A stretch of DNA of 64,000 bases from Calcarisporiella thermophila CBS 279.70 (taxonomy: Eukaryota > Fungi > Calcarisporiellomycota), in NCBI RefSeq assembly GCF_041956535.1, contig NW_027192203.1, forward strand, positions 617,406-681,405, read 5' to 3'. The notes below the pieces were generated by a model. The model saw only the letters and a program-made list of their open reading frames with translations. It was not told the origin of the DNA and did no database searches. A program made the translations under genes and the position numbers. This document shows, one piece after another, positions 47,688 through 60,026 of the stretch (positions within the stretch are counted from its first letter, which is position 1; every line of letters starts with the position of its first letter).

Positions 47688-48968
47688 TTAATGTCCATGG
47701 TCCACCGAGAGCAGTAGCGGTAGCAACATCCCCCCTACCATGGCTATCAAATTGCTGCGAGGTAGGTTACCTCCAGAGGTCACTCCGGACATAACATGCA
47801 CTGACACATACAAGAAAGTCCCTCCGGAGAAGAGAAGCAAAATGCCCGTCCACCATTGCATTTCGGATATCGCGTCGCTTATTTGTAGAAGAATGAATGT
47901 GATCATGGCAGCCACCGGGGCGGCAAGCGAAAAGGCGGTCAAGTGCCTTCTAATCTGCCTACGTGTGAAACCTTCTGCCAGCAGCACAGTGCAAAGGCCG
48001 AATGCAGCAGGGGCCTTGTGCAACATAATGGCGAGAAAGACAATGATGGATAGGGCTGGCTGCTGTGCCGATGCGCCAAGGGCAATTCCATCTGCAGCAG
48101 CGTGGACTACTAGGCCTATGGTGGCCGAGGGTTTTTTCGTTGACGCTGTCGCGGTGCCTGAGCGTCTAGAATGGGATGATAGGTCTGTCCCGCCATTTTC
48201 GGAGGAAGCTGAGTTAGGGCGAAGCGGAAGCTCCATGAAATCCGCAACCGCTACATGCGAATGAGAATGCGTATCTATCTGGTCAATCAGAAACATGACA
48301 ATAAAGCCTGAAATGAGTGCTAGGCCGATATAGCGATGGCCTACTGTCTCTCCCCCCGTGGTGGCGAAATGGTGATCAAAGTCGGGATCTTGGTCGAAAT
48401 CTTTGGGATGTTCACCTCCTTCCTGCTTGTTAGTATGCTCGACATCGCGCACCAATTTTTCATTCGGCCCGCTTTCTTCTTTTGATAATGTCTCTCCATC
48501 TTCTTTGGAATCCTTTCTTACTCGTGTCAATCGTATTGTGCCGGATCCTGCATCTCGATTTTTCATTGATGAAATACTCTCTGACTCCTCTCCCTTTTCT
48601 ACATCATTATTATTTTGTTGATCTTGCTCTTGCTGTTGCTGCTGGTGCTGCTGTGATTCTGGCCACCGTACAGATTCAACTCCTCTGGCATCTGCCCAGT
48701 TTGCTTCCCGTCTCACATGCCCGGGATGGGAATTATGGAGTGCAATGTCGTGGGTTTGGTGCTGGTGGGGTATAGAGTAAACAGTCTCCATTCCTTCGGG
48801 GATAATGACAATGAGTGCTGTGCCCACAAGCAATCCAGCACCAAGTGCAGACGTAAGTTTGAGGCGGTCCTCGGAGAGCTTGAATGCTAGCGGTATATTG
48901 CCGGCCAGAAAAGATGAGATGAGCATGACCATTGAAAGTATGGTGACCCATATCCACGACTCTATCAT
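47688..48968 (-). CDS. ATX2: ZIP-family metal transporter (ZIP9/Atx2)
   Basis: GAGLLVGTALIVIIPEG, GLVVHAAADGIALGA, IMLHKAPAAFGL, LLFSGGTFLYV. Confidence 0.92.
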   Translation of the reverse strand: MIESWIWVTILSMVMLISSFLAGNIPLAFKLSEDRLKLTSALGAGLLVGTALIVIIPEGMETVYSIPHQHQTHDIALHNSHPGHVRREANWADARGVESVRWPESQQHQQQQQEQDQQNNNDVEKGEESESISSMKNRDAGSGTIRLTRVRKDSKEDGETLSKEESGPNEKLVRDVEHTNKQEGGEHPKDFDQDPDFDHHFATTGGETVGHRYIGLALISGFIVMFLIDQIDTHSHSHVAVADFMELPLRPNSASSENGGTDLSSHSRRSGTATASTKKPSATIGLVVHAAADGIALGASAQQPALSIIVFLAIMLHKAPAAFGLCTVLLAEGFTRRQIRRHLTAFSLAAPVAAMITFILLQISDAISEMQWWTGILLLFSGGTFLYVSVHVMSGVTSGGNLPRSNLIAMVGGMLLPLLLSVDHGH

Positions 48969-49248
48969 AGCGAAGAAAGTGATTATAGCTTCGTGTGTGT
49001 GCGTTTGGTGTAGTCCGATGGGAAAAAAAGGAGGAAGGGAATTAGCTACTAAAATTCATCGCCCCTAGGATCCTGAGTCTTAGTGCGGAGTGCAACTTGA
49101 TAGCTTTATTGTGCTAGTCGAGGGCAGCGGATTTCAGATCGGATTGAATTTCGACATCATCTTAAATCTAGTTTAGTTCTTGGGTGTCTTTTCCTGACCA
49201 AGTTCACCTATACTCTCTTCTATTTAATCCATTCTACCTATATACAAG

Positions 49249-50704
49249 ATGCAGATGGCCACATTCAACGCCAATGATGGCTACCTCGAGGCCATTGTTC
49301 GCGGTTATCGTTCGGGGATTCTCACGCATCAGCAGTATCTTAATCTGTCCCAGTGCGAGACTCTGGAGGGTAAATACCAGGCATCGCGCCTCAGCGGTTT
49401 CCAATTTGAATGCTCCCAATTGGAAGCTGCCGTTTTTTTTCGTGGATGGCTGATCTACCATTTTGGATGTTACTCTAGATCTGAAACTGCAGCTGTCTGC
49501 AACCGATTACGGCAACTTCCTGCAGAATGAGCCCTCGCCCATTTCTACTTCGACGATCGCAGAGAAACTCACCGAGAAACTCGTGAGGGAGTTTGAATAT
49601 ATTAGAACGCACGCGGTACACCCTCTTGCCAAGTTTCTGGACTACATGACGTAAATATATGGCTCACTCATTCTAGTCTACCCTCCAACCAAATGCCAAT
49701 TTATAACATTGAAATTAAATTCCACCGGATTTGTTACAGGTACGCGTACATGATCGACAATGTTATCCTCCTTATTACAGGCACATTACACGAGCGTGAC
49801 ACGCATGAACTTTTGGAGCGATGTCACCCGCTGGGTGTGTTTGAATCCATGCCGGCTTTGTGCGTAGCAACCAACGTGGCCGAATTATATAATACGGTGT
49901 TAGTGGAGACTCCTCTTGGTATGATATAATGCTCTCGATCAGGTGACCTCAGATAGTTTAATATACTGATACACACTCTAGCGCCCTACTTTAGAGATTG
50001 CTTATCAGCGCAAGATCTGGACGAATTGAATATCGAAATCATTAGAAACACTCTTTATAAAGCCTATCTCGAGGACTTCTACCAATACTGCCAGAAACTT
50101 GGAGGACCCACTGCCGAGATCATGGGTGACATTCTACAGGTAGAACTATTGTTTTATGAGGAGTGAGATGCCTACCCTAAGGATAAAACTAACCATGTCT
50201 ATAACCCACTTTCGCATTTGACCAGTTTGAGGCCGATCGCCGAACCATCAACATCACTATCAACTCGTTTGGAACAGAGCTCTCAAAGGACGACCGCCAA
50301 AAATTGTTCCCCTCCACCGGCCGCCTCTATCCCGATGGCCATGCGAAGCTGGCACGCGCCGATGACATCGAGCACGTGAAGAACGCGTGTGAATATTACC
50401 TGGTAAGTTTGGGGATGCTGGCTTCGCTCAGTGGCCGAGCGGCTGAATGATGTATTTGCATTGGCTTTAGGATTACCGTCAATTTTTCGACAGCTCCATG
50501 TCTCATAACAAGACCCTGGAGGACCGTTTCTTTGAGCACGAGGTCTACTTGAACAAACTTGCCTTTGAGCAGCAATTCAACTATGCGATTTTCTACGCTT
50601 ATCTTAAGCTAAAAGAGCAAGAGATTCGCAATATCATTTGGATTGCCGAGTGTGTAAGTCAGGGCCAAAAAGATAAAATCAATAACTATATTCCGATATT
50701 TTAA
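49249..50704 (+). CDS. VMA6: V-ATPase V0 subunit d, multi-exon
   Basis: [79 protein letters not shown]. Confidence 0.96.
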
Positions 50705-51018
50705 GCTGCTCTCCCTTCATTTGGATTGAATTTCCTCTGCAATGTTTGTTTGTTCTTTTCCCTTTATTTTTCTTTACTGTCTTTCTCTTCGACTGTTTTT
50801 TTTCTTTTCAAAAACATAAAGTTCACCACTTCCTACTATATCAATTGTGTTTATAAATATGAATTATCCCAATTAGGTATCCTCGGTTAAGTTATGCGGT
50901 TGAACCAAAATGCTACTGGTTTTCACATGGGTAGACACTCCGATATTTCAGTTCTCACTCCTTTTTTGCTTTTCCATTCCCTTTACAATTATCTCACCAA
51001 GCTCCAGACGCATCTACA

Positions 51019-52617
51019 ATGGCTGCTCTCCAGTATACGAAAATCGAGGACTTGGCAAAGGTAAACTTGGCATTTTTCCTCCCTTCTGCAGCGTTCGCTA
51101 ATGACTTGGGCCGAAATGTGTAGATACATGAAAGGGTTACCAAATCATTCAAGTCAGGCAAGACTCGCTCATTCGCGTCGCGCAAAAAACAACTCCTGAA
51201 CCTCTACAAGCTCATTGACGAAAACCAGGATCTAATCTGTGATGCCCTGAACAAGGATTTACACAAGCCGCGTCCAGAAGCCTTGATAACTGAAATTAAT
51301 CCTACCAAATCTGAAATTGCCCTCGCACACTCTTCTTTCGAAAAATGGGCCCTTCCCGAGAAAGTTTCCCCGGGAGTCGCACTAATGAGAGACACAGCTA
51401 TGATCAGAAGCGAGCCCAAGGGAGTGGTGCTAATTATTGGGCCTTGGAACTACCCAGTCTATTTGCTGCTTTGCCCTCTAGCGGGTGCCATCGCTGCCGG
51501 CAACACGGTGATACTAAAGCAATCCGAAGTGACTCCTCATACATCCGCAACCATCACAGTATTGATTCAGCGCTATCTTGACCCTGACGTCGTGCAATGT
51601 GTGAACGGCGGCCCAGAGGAGACGCAAGAGCTGCTTAAACTCCGGTTCGATCATATCTTTTTTACGGGAAGCGGCGTTATTGGCCGCCATATTATGAAGG
51701 CAGCCGCAGAGCATCTCTGCCCCGTCACCCTTGAGCTTGGGGGGAAGAGCCCGTGCATTGTTTCGAAGGACGCGGATCTCAAAATCGCTGCCAAGCGCAT
51801 TGCCTGGGGCAAGCTGCTCAATGCTGGGCAAACCTGCATTGCGCCCGATTACATCCTCTGCGAACAAGCTACGCTTGGACCTTTAGTGGATGCACTTAAA
51901 GAAAGCTTCGAGGGGTTCTTCAACGGCAAAGAAAGCAAGCAAAGTCCTGACTACGGCCGCGTCGTCAACGAACGCCACTGGGATAGGCTTAACAGTTGGT
52001 TGAAGGAGTCGCGCGGCAAGATTGTGATTGGCGGGCAAACTGACCGCTCTGACTGCTTCATCGCTCCTACGGTGGTGGTTGATGTGAGCCCGAATGACAA
52101 ACTTATGCAGGAGGAGATTTTTGGCCCGCTTTTGCCCATCATCACCGTGCCCAACATGGATGCTGCTATTGACTATGTAAACCAGCGGGATCAGCCTCTT
52201 GTGTGCTACGTGTTTGGAGACCACAAATTCATCAACAGAGTGGCAGACGAGACGCGCTCTGGAGGGTTTGTTGGGAATGATTGTTTGATTCACATAGCCA
52301 TCTCCTCGCTTCCATTTGGAGGAGTTGGTCCTTCGGGGACTGGCGCGTACCATGGAAAAGCTTCCTTTGACACCTTCTCACACAGACGCTCGGTTCTTGT
52401 GCGAAATCTGAACAAGGTGGAAGAAGCCCTCAGCAAAGGCCGATATCCTCCCTACGTGCCCAACTCGTTCATGTATCGCTTGACGAATGCTCTCTTGTTT
52501 TATCGACTTTCCCAGCCGAGCCGCGTTAGGAAATTCTTAGTGCCATTTGCAGTGGTACTGCTTGCGGCGGTTTTAGCTGTTAAGGGGCAAGCCCTTAGAG
52601 AGTTTTTGAAGTTTTGA
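51019..52617 (+). CDS. HFD1: Fatty aldehyde dehydrogenase (ALDH3 family, Hfd1-like) with C-terminal membrane anchor, 2 exons
   Basis: IGPWNYP, FTGS, LELGGKSP, NAGQTCIAPDY, EEIFGP, PFGGVGPSG, RYPPY, hydrophobic tail; intron 51061-51123. Confidence 0.9.
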
Positions 52618-53435
52618 CGAGGTGACGGTTGATCCGGATGGGTTTCTGGAGAATCCGTCGGCATACTCTCGCTTAAAGTTTTTTTGTTATATTTAAGAAT
52701 CTGTTAATTTCACTTCTCGAATTTTATTCAATACACTTTTTGAAGTTAGTTTACTAGCCAGTTCATGTGTGAATAGGACCCCAAAGAGGAAAATTCTCAA
52801 GTTAGTATTCGTATCAGAGTAATTTTTGTTCAGCTTATTTTATGCTACTCGACATGAGGCAGCATAATTTGTGTCGCGGGTAAAAAAAGTATGCAGGAGA
52901 AGAATGGTGGTTAAAAATCGGGTTAATTAATCCTCCCCAATTTTCGTTCTTAAGTTTCTCGTTTTGTATTTTGATGCTAGCGGGATTGAGTGAGAGGATT
53001 TTATCATCTTTGCTCCTGGCCTTCGATTGCACTTGCATTTCCTCTACTCTCCATTCGTGTGGTCTACATTGATTGGTCGTCCTCCCTGGTTGAGATCTCC
53101 TTCATCTCTTGATTTTCAAAAGCGCGTGTTTGTATTTGGCCTTTTGCTTTATTCGCAAGCCCATCGTCGACAAAGGACATTACTACTTTTGTCCCGCAAA
53201 TCCTAAAAACGCGAAATTTCTTGTTGATACTTCACATACGTGTTGAGAGGTTTGTATTTCCTTTTTCTACATTAGGCCATGTTTTGTTTTCGTTTCCTAA
53301 TCCGATCAGACGAATGTTTGCCACGAATCTATACCATTGTTGTGATTTTTCTCACCTGCCATTTATATTTTGAAAATTTAGTTACTATAGCATCATATTG
53401 AAGTATCTTGCGTAGCTTGCAAACGTATATATCCT

Positions 53436-56003
53436 ATGCCACTGCCAGCAGTTGAGCGAGCTTCCCCACAACAGCAAAAGAAGTCAATCAGACCAACAGC
53501 CGCAGCACAACCATCCCCAAAAGGCAATGGCCATTCACTCACTAGCAAAAGTTCAGTATCACCAGAACTCGATTCGCGTCTGCAAGCATTAGACGCGGCC
53601 CTTTTTCCTTCCGATGAAGAGATTCAGCAAGCTGTCGACAGCCCCGAATTACTGTTGGGTGTAGTTGAACGGGGTGCTCAAGTCGTCGATCGATGGGTTG
53701 AAGTTGGATCGCAGCTTTTAGCAGAAGATGAGCACTATGACCGCGCCAAGTCGTTGGCTTTTCAAAGTTTGGATGCTGCCGGTCACAGGCTTGGATCCCT
53801 TGCTTCCTGTTTAGAGCGGCTTAAAGAACTAGAAAAACAACTGCCGCGTCCACCTCGAGATGCAGAAACCACCAGAGTGCTGCGCATGACTATGAAGGCC
53901 ATCAGCGACTGGAATGAACTTATTGAGTTGCTTGAGGATATCAAGCGCCGTCAAATCATGGACACAATGGATAGCGTGCAGAGTGAACTTGACGATTTGC
54001 GCACCATACTGTTCCAATTCCAGGAGCAACGTCAGGCTGCCATTGCAGAAGGACGGCCCCATATACTCCCACCATCGCAATCGCTGGATATACTGCCGTC
54101 GCATTGGGGCCAGGGAAGCGAAGGAGAGGGAGATGCAGGCGACTCCTGGCTCAAGTTGATTGATGGCAAGATGAAACCGCTCTACGAGGCCCTTGAGCGT
54201 CTTCATACCAGACTGACCACCGACGCGAACCAGCAAGTTCTGGATCCAGATGGAGTTTTGCGAAAACGCTACGTGGCTATCCAGTCGCAATGGGAGACAG
54301 CCACGGACGAATTCAAGGAAATTCAGGATGAATTGCAGGATGAACTCAAAGACGGTCGGTGGGTTTCGTTTTTCTTGCAGGTCGCCGGGCAAGTTGACAC
54401 CATGATGAATACGCTCGAGGAAGCCCTTGGACAGAGTCGGAAAGTCATCGAGCTATTGCAACATGAAAAAACCGGTGGACATTCACCTGGCAAACTCACC
54501 TTGCCCCTAACGCCTTCCTCCAAAATTCGCTCTCGACCTGTGTCACTTCCCCCCGGCTTATTAGATTCCATCGATCCGGATTCTATACAAACATTTATCA
54601 AAGGATTTGATGCAAAGCGAAAATACTACATATCCCCTGTGGAGCGCATGATTCCTATGCTTGGCAACAGCCTCGCCTCTAAAGGTCCTGCCATAGCAGA
54701 CAGCGAATTAAGTCGGCGGCATACGTTGATGAAGCAGCGGTGGCAACAGTTAAAGCAAGAACTGGAGCAGGCCCATGCGCAGCTCGTGGATCTTACGCAA
54801 CCAAAGCGCGATGAGCCATCCAACGTTTCATCCCCTAAAACACCCACAGTACGAAATAATAGCAACCCTAGCAAAATACGCCTAGGGACTGCAACTAGCT
54901 CACGACCCCGCGCATCCTCCCCTTCCCCCTCGGAGCCCGCTGCTGGTACTTCGGCAAGGCGCTATCTATCTCCTCCATCCAACCGTCGCACAAGCTTCCT
55001 GGGTCAAAACACCCAGTCGAAGGGCAACTCTCCCCATTCCTCCTCGGAATTGCGTCCTTCGTCGCGCGCATCCACCGTAAGCACCACCAGTATTACATCT
55101 TCGCCTTCCGCGTTACGGTCATCCCGGCGCTTATCCAGCGCTTCGACCCCAGGTGGCCTAATGCAGACCCGCCCTGCTTGGAACTCGTCTACCAAAGTTG
55201 AGCCGCTAACCCAGGCGAGCTCAATCAATCGACCGATATCACCCCACCCCCCTAGATCTCGCACGCCTGTGCCAGCCACCACTTCACGTTCCGGTAGGTC
55301 ATCCGCTATGTCGCGGTCACGTGCCCCATCTGTACCGCCGTCCCTAAATACACGCGCGCGTCCTGTATCACAGCTTGGATATCATGAAGCTTCACAGCAG
55401 GTGTTAAGCCCAAAGCCTCGACCAGAGCAGCCTGATGCTCCTTCGATGATACCACGCCCTTCTTCCTCCTTGCCTTTCGCTCAGCAGTCTCTACTTAGAC
55501 CCTCTACTCCAACACGCCCGCAATCGCCTGCCCGCAGTCAAATTCCTCGCCCAACGACGCCATCGACTCCGAAGACGGTGGGTGCAAATCGGCCCGTGAC
55601 GCCTTCAAGGGCTAAATCTCCAGCAGTTGGTGTCGGGCGCTCCCAAATCCCTCGGCCAACCACACCCTCGACCCCTGGTAGTGTGCACCAATACCAGCAG
55701 CCTCCTCCGGTCTATCGGCCCCAACGCGACGACCCGCTCGATTCTGAAGTAGCGCGAATTCTCGCCCATATTCCTCTGCCCGTACCCTGTAATCGTATAG
55801 ACCCCGGTCGCTATCAATTTGGCGATGCCGGACGGAGCTATCTCTGTAGGCTGGTGACCTCCCATCCTAGAGGCAAACCTCCCCAGCAGAAAGTTTTAGT
55901 GCGAGTGGGTGGAGGCTGGCAGGATTTGGAGATATTTTTACTGGAGCATGCCCAATCATTGCTGAGTGATGCTATTGCTCGAAATTTCACCATTGGGTTC
56001 TAA
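53436..56003 (+). CDS. Kar9-like helical region plus Ser/Pro-rich SxIP region plus C-terminal GAR/Gas2 microtubule-binding domain
   Basis: RWVSFFLQVAGQVDTMM and FDAKRKYY (Kar9-like); DPLDSEVARI...GRYQFGD...KVLVRVGGGWQDLEIFL (GAR). Confidence 0.8.
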   Translation: MPLPAVERASPQQQKKSIRPTAAAQPSPKGNGHSLTSKSSVSPELDSRLQALDAALFPSDEEIQQAVDSPELLLGVVERGAQVVDRWVEVGSQLLAEDEHYDRAKSLAFQSLDAAGHRLGSLASCLERLKELEKQLPRPPRDAETTRVLRMTMKAISDWNELIELLEDIKRRQIMDTMDSVQSELDDLRTILFQFQEQRQAAIAEGRPHILPPSQSLDILPSHWGQGSEGEGDAGDSWLKLIDGKMKPLYEALERLHTRLTTDANQQVLDPDGVLRKRYVAIQSQWETATDEFKEIQDELQDELKDGRWVSFFLQVAGQVDTMMNTLEEALGQSRKVIELLQHEKTGGHSPGKLTLPLTPSSKIRSRPVSLPPGLLDSIDPDSIQTFIKGFDAKRKYYISPVERMIPMLGNSLASKGPAIADSELSRRHTLMKQRWQQLKQELEQAHAQLVDLTQPKRDEPSNVSSPKTPTVRNNSNPSKIRLGTATSSRPRASSPSPSEPAAGTSARRYLSPPSNRRTSFLGQNTQSKGNSPHSSSELRPSSRASTVSTTSITSSPSALRSSRRLSSASTPGGLMQTRPAWNSSTKVEPLTQASSINRPISPHPPRSRTPVPATTSRSGRSSAMSRSRAPSVPPSLNTRARPVSQLGYHEASQQVLSPKPRPEQPDAPSMIPRPSSSLPFAQQSLLRPSTPTRPQSPARSQIPRPTTPSTPKTVGANRPVTPSRAKSPAVGVGRSQIPRPTTPSTPGSVHQYQQPPPVYRPQRDDPLDSEVARILAHIPLPVPCNRIDPGRYQFGDAGRSYLCRLVTSHPRGKPPQQKVLVRVGGGWQDLEIFLLEHAQSLLSDAIARNFTIGF

Positions 56004-57152
56004 TGTAGCCGAGTTGATATTGGATCGTTTATTTTTTATTTTGTCAATCCATTACATACATTATATAAATCCTTAATGATATTTTTTATTATATATTTTT
56101 CCCTGATTAATCGCTCTTGTGGTGTTGTACTTTGGGGCTCTTTTTTATATTTTTCTTTTCTTTTGTACGTTGCTCTTCTCTATTTTCTCTTCCTTTTTTT
56201 TTTCTGTTCTTTGCATGTTCTTGTTTTCATTTATTTTTCTACAAAATTTTTCTCTACCGTTTTTCGTCTATTATCTTTTTTTTTTTTTTACTTCAACTAT
56301 TATTATCACTATTATTTTTATGTTTCTTTTTTTTTAATATTTTGATTGTGGAACGGATTAGAATTTTCTAATACTAAGCGAAATTGCCCAGTGAGTCGCG
56401 GTATATAGTATGTTGATTATCAAGACTTAAGGGTGGGCTTCAAGGCCTAAAATTAGTCAGGTGAGTGGATGGGCGCTCATCGACTCTTCTCTCTAAATTT
56501 CATACAAAATACAAAAATAGATTAATATATGTTGTTAGTATCACTATACAAAGTACTGAATGTAACATGACCAAACCTCGATAAAGTATCTCTCTTCGCC
56601 GTACCCCAAATATGACAGGAACACGCGGTGGCTTGAGCATACGCAATATTTCTCAGCGGTGACTTTTGGGCCAAAGAGATCGGACGGATTGCCCGAAGTG
56701 TTTCTTCCGTGCAGGATCGCCATTTATACAATTAATGACAATTGTATTATTTAATAAGACTATCTGCAGCTAAAGCCCTGACCTACTTATTGATTTTATA
56801 CTTTCTTCGCTTTTGGTTTCTACGCATTCGAACCCGATTTCCAAAAAAATTTGCCGCTGCGCCCCATCTTCTCGCTTCCTTGTGATTCAAAGGACGGCTC
56901 ACGTTCTTTTGGGGTCCAACTACAAGCATCACATACCTCTCTTTGCGCACCTTCCTTAGTAGATCAGGCAAAAGAGAAGCCGAAAACACCACTTTTTCTC
57001 TTTTTTTTTTGTTCTTTTTTCTTGCTTGAGTATATTTATTTCTTTCTTCTATCTCTGTTTTCTTTTTTTTTTCACTTTCCTGAGTTTCGCGTTCATTTCA
57101 CTTCTCTCCTCTTCAACTACCCCTTCTCTCTTTACGTACATATTATTGCGGA

Positions 57153-59716
57153 ATGAGTTCATCATCCCATTCAGTCGAGGATGCAGCAGTGGTGCCTGAT
57201 ATTTCCTCTGGCGCTCAGTCTATCGGCGAAGATAATCAATGGTTGATACAGCGCTCGGGCGATAAGGATGGATGGCCTCAGCTGCAAGTCATCGACGAAA
57301 ACCAGAAATTCTCGTAAGTCTAATAAAAGCTCGAGGAAATGCATAATTTTCTATTCAGCAGATGGGTTAATCTGTGCCCTTATTTCTCCATGGGGGTGAA
57401 AAGTGATCAACTCCAAGACTACATGCAGAAAAAATGGGAGCTGGATGACGTAGGATTTAATTACAATGTCGTAGCCGTGTTTGGGTCTCAGAGCACCGGG
57501 AAAAGTACATTATTGAATAAGCTGTTTGGTACCCGATTCGATGTCATGTCTGAACAGCGGCGGGCACAAACAACAAAAGGTGAAGTGTGATGCTACATGG
57601 GAAAAGCATTGGATTTGCCCTTAATTTTGACACATCCTATTTTATCTAGGCATCTGGGTCGGCCAGGGCAAAGGCATGCGAGTGCTCATCATGGATGTTG
57701 AAGGTACGGATGGCCGCGAGCGCGGTGAAAACCAAGATTTTGAGCGAAAAAGCGCTCTCTTTTCGATGGCAATTGCCGAAGTCCTCATTGTCAATCTCTG
57801 GGAGCATCAAGTTGGCCTGTATAATGGTGCCAACATGGGATTACTTAAAACGGTGTTTGAAGTTAATCTGCAGCTCTTCCACGCACAGAAGGGCAAGGAG
57901 AAGACCCTCCTGCTCTTCGTGATTCGGGATCATATTGGGACGACGCCACTAGGAAACTTGGCAAATACGCTCACTACGGATCTGGAGAACATTTGGGCGG
58001 GGCTCTCGAAGCCTGCTGGTCTCGAGGACTGCAAGATCCAAGACTATTTCGACTTGATGTTCACGACACTTCCTCATAAGATTCTTCAGCCCGAGGAGTT
58101 CGACAAGCAGGTGGAGCAGCTGCGGTATCGATTCGTCAATCCGAACGATAAGAGTTTTGTCTTCCAGCGCGCATACCACAAACGCGTTCCTGCAGACGGA
58201 TTCCACGTTTATGCACAGAATATCTGGGAGAAGATCATTTCGAACAAGGACCTCGATCTGCCCACGCAGCAAGAACTCCTTGCACAGTATCGATGCGATG
58301 AGATCTTGAATGCTGCTTTCGATGCTTTCCAGGAGAAGATCAAAGGATTCAAGCACCCGGTCGAGTCCGGACAGGTGGTGGAGGATCTTGGCAACCAAAT
58401 GAAAGAGATTCGGGAGGCCGCGCTGGCCCAGTTCGACAAGGATGCCTCTCGCTATCACGCCGAAGTTTACAAGCGCAAACGCCGCGAGATACTCAACAAG
58501 ATGAATGCCTCTCTGCACGTCTTCTTCTTGGCCCAACTCAAGAACGTGCAGCGCAAGGTAACGGAGCAATTCGTCGCTGAGCTGCGCGACAAGCTAAAGG
58601 CGGATACGGTCGATTTCCTGACCATCGTGAGCGAAGCTCGCAAAACTGCCGAGTCCTATTTCCTGAAGCAGGCGGAGGCAATGAAGTTGTCGGAGACGGA
58701 CTGGACCTTCGAGACGGAGCACTCGCAGCTTATGGCGGACTTGGAGGAGGTGGCGAGCAAGGCCCGTGTGGAGGAGATGCGAAAGCTCACGAAGCAGTTG
58801 GAGCAGACGATCGAGCGCAGCATCATCGACCCGCTCTCCGTGTTTATGAATGAGGCGGCCCCCGATATGTGGCACAAGGTTATTGGGCTTTACCGCGACG
58901 TGGTCGGCAAGGCCAAGTCCACCCTTGTGAAAAAGACCAAAAGCTTCAACTCTTCCGACGACGAGATCGAGGAATCCGCTGCAGCACTCGAGCAGCGTTC
59001 GTGGCAACTATTGCGCAAGAAGATCGACGAAGAGGTCGCTGACAACATGATGATGGTGAAGTTACGCAACCGCTTCGAGGAAAAATTCCGATATGACGAC
59101 AAGGGTTTGCCCCGGGTGTGGAAGCCGGAAGACGACATCGATGGCTTCTTCCAGAAGGCACGCGATAATGCCCTTGAGCTTATCCCACGCTATGCAAAGA
59201 TCGATTTGCCGGAGGAGGAGGAGGGAGGGGGAGGGCGAATTCAGGATTGCCTCCAACGAAGAGTTCGACTTTGAAGAGAGCTTGGTCGTCCTCACCGATG
59301 CTAAGCAGCGAGAGCTTGCGCAGCGCTTCCGCACTCAGTCGGACGCCTTCTATCTCGAGGCGAAGCGTAGTGTCGTCACGACTACTGCCAAGATTCCTTA
59401 CTGGCTGATGGTGCTTCTTGTGGTGCTTGGCTGGAACGAGTTCGTGACTATCATTACGTCTCCGATCTATCTCGTGCTCTTCTGCATGTTCAGCTTGTCT
59501 GCCTATGTGGTCTATATGCTGCAGCTAACAGGGCCGCTGGAAAGAGTGGTCCGGATGGTTGCGGGAGAAATCATGCAATTCGCGCAGCAACGGATGCAAG
59601 AGTCTCTTGCCGCCACACGGCAGCCGGTCCATGCCCAGCCTGTAGGAGCCCACGGCGAGTCGTCGGGGTCCTTCTACGAGATGAACGAGATGCGGTCGGG
59701 GAAAAAAGAGGATTGA
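57153..59716 (+). CDS. SEY1: ER-fusion GTPase Sey1/RHD3; apparent +1 frameshift near 59223
   Basis: [38 protein letters not shown]; the C-terminal TM hairpin ([17 protein letters not shown]) lies in the shifted frame. Confidence 0.95.
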
Positions 59717-60026
59717 GACTTTAATACTTTCTAACACCATGACATATATTTTATATGTGCTTTTTCTTTTTATTAGTCTCTTTGGTATTTTTGGGCCATT
59801 TTGTTTTCATATTCTTTCCTTTTCTTTTCCTCTCCTCTTCATTCCTCCTCGCCTCCACTTTCCATTATCTTTTCCCTTTTTTTTTCTGACTTATATTGTG
59901 GGGAATATTAGAATGGCTGTTTTGTTTGCTTTTAATATTTTTTTGTGGCCTTTTATTCTTTTTTATTCATTTTGTGTGTTAGAGAAGTGAGAATAAACAA
60001 AACCAATATTCAACCTAGAGGCCTTG

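Noticed and set aside
56040-57150. Phe/Leu-rich ORFs (also 4479..4758, 8745..9248, 19210..19633, 59739..59990)
   Set aside because: Artefacts of T-rich or A-rich UTR and intergenic tracts.
59217-59234. Programmed ribosomal frameshift or pseudogenisation of SEY1
   Set aside because: No canonical slippery heptamer, the same motif breaks another gene on the opposite strand, and both halves of SEY1 are well conserved; a consensus error is more likely.
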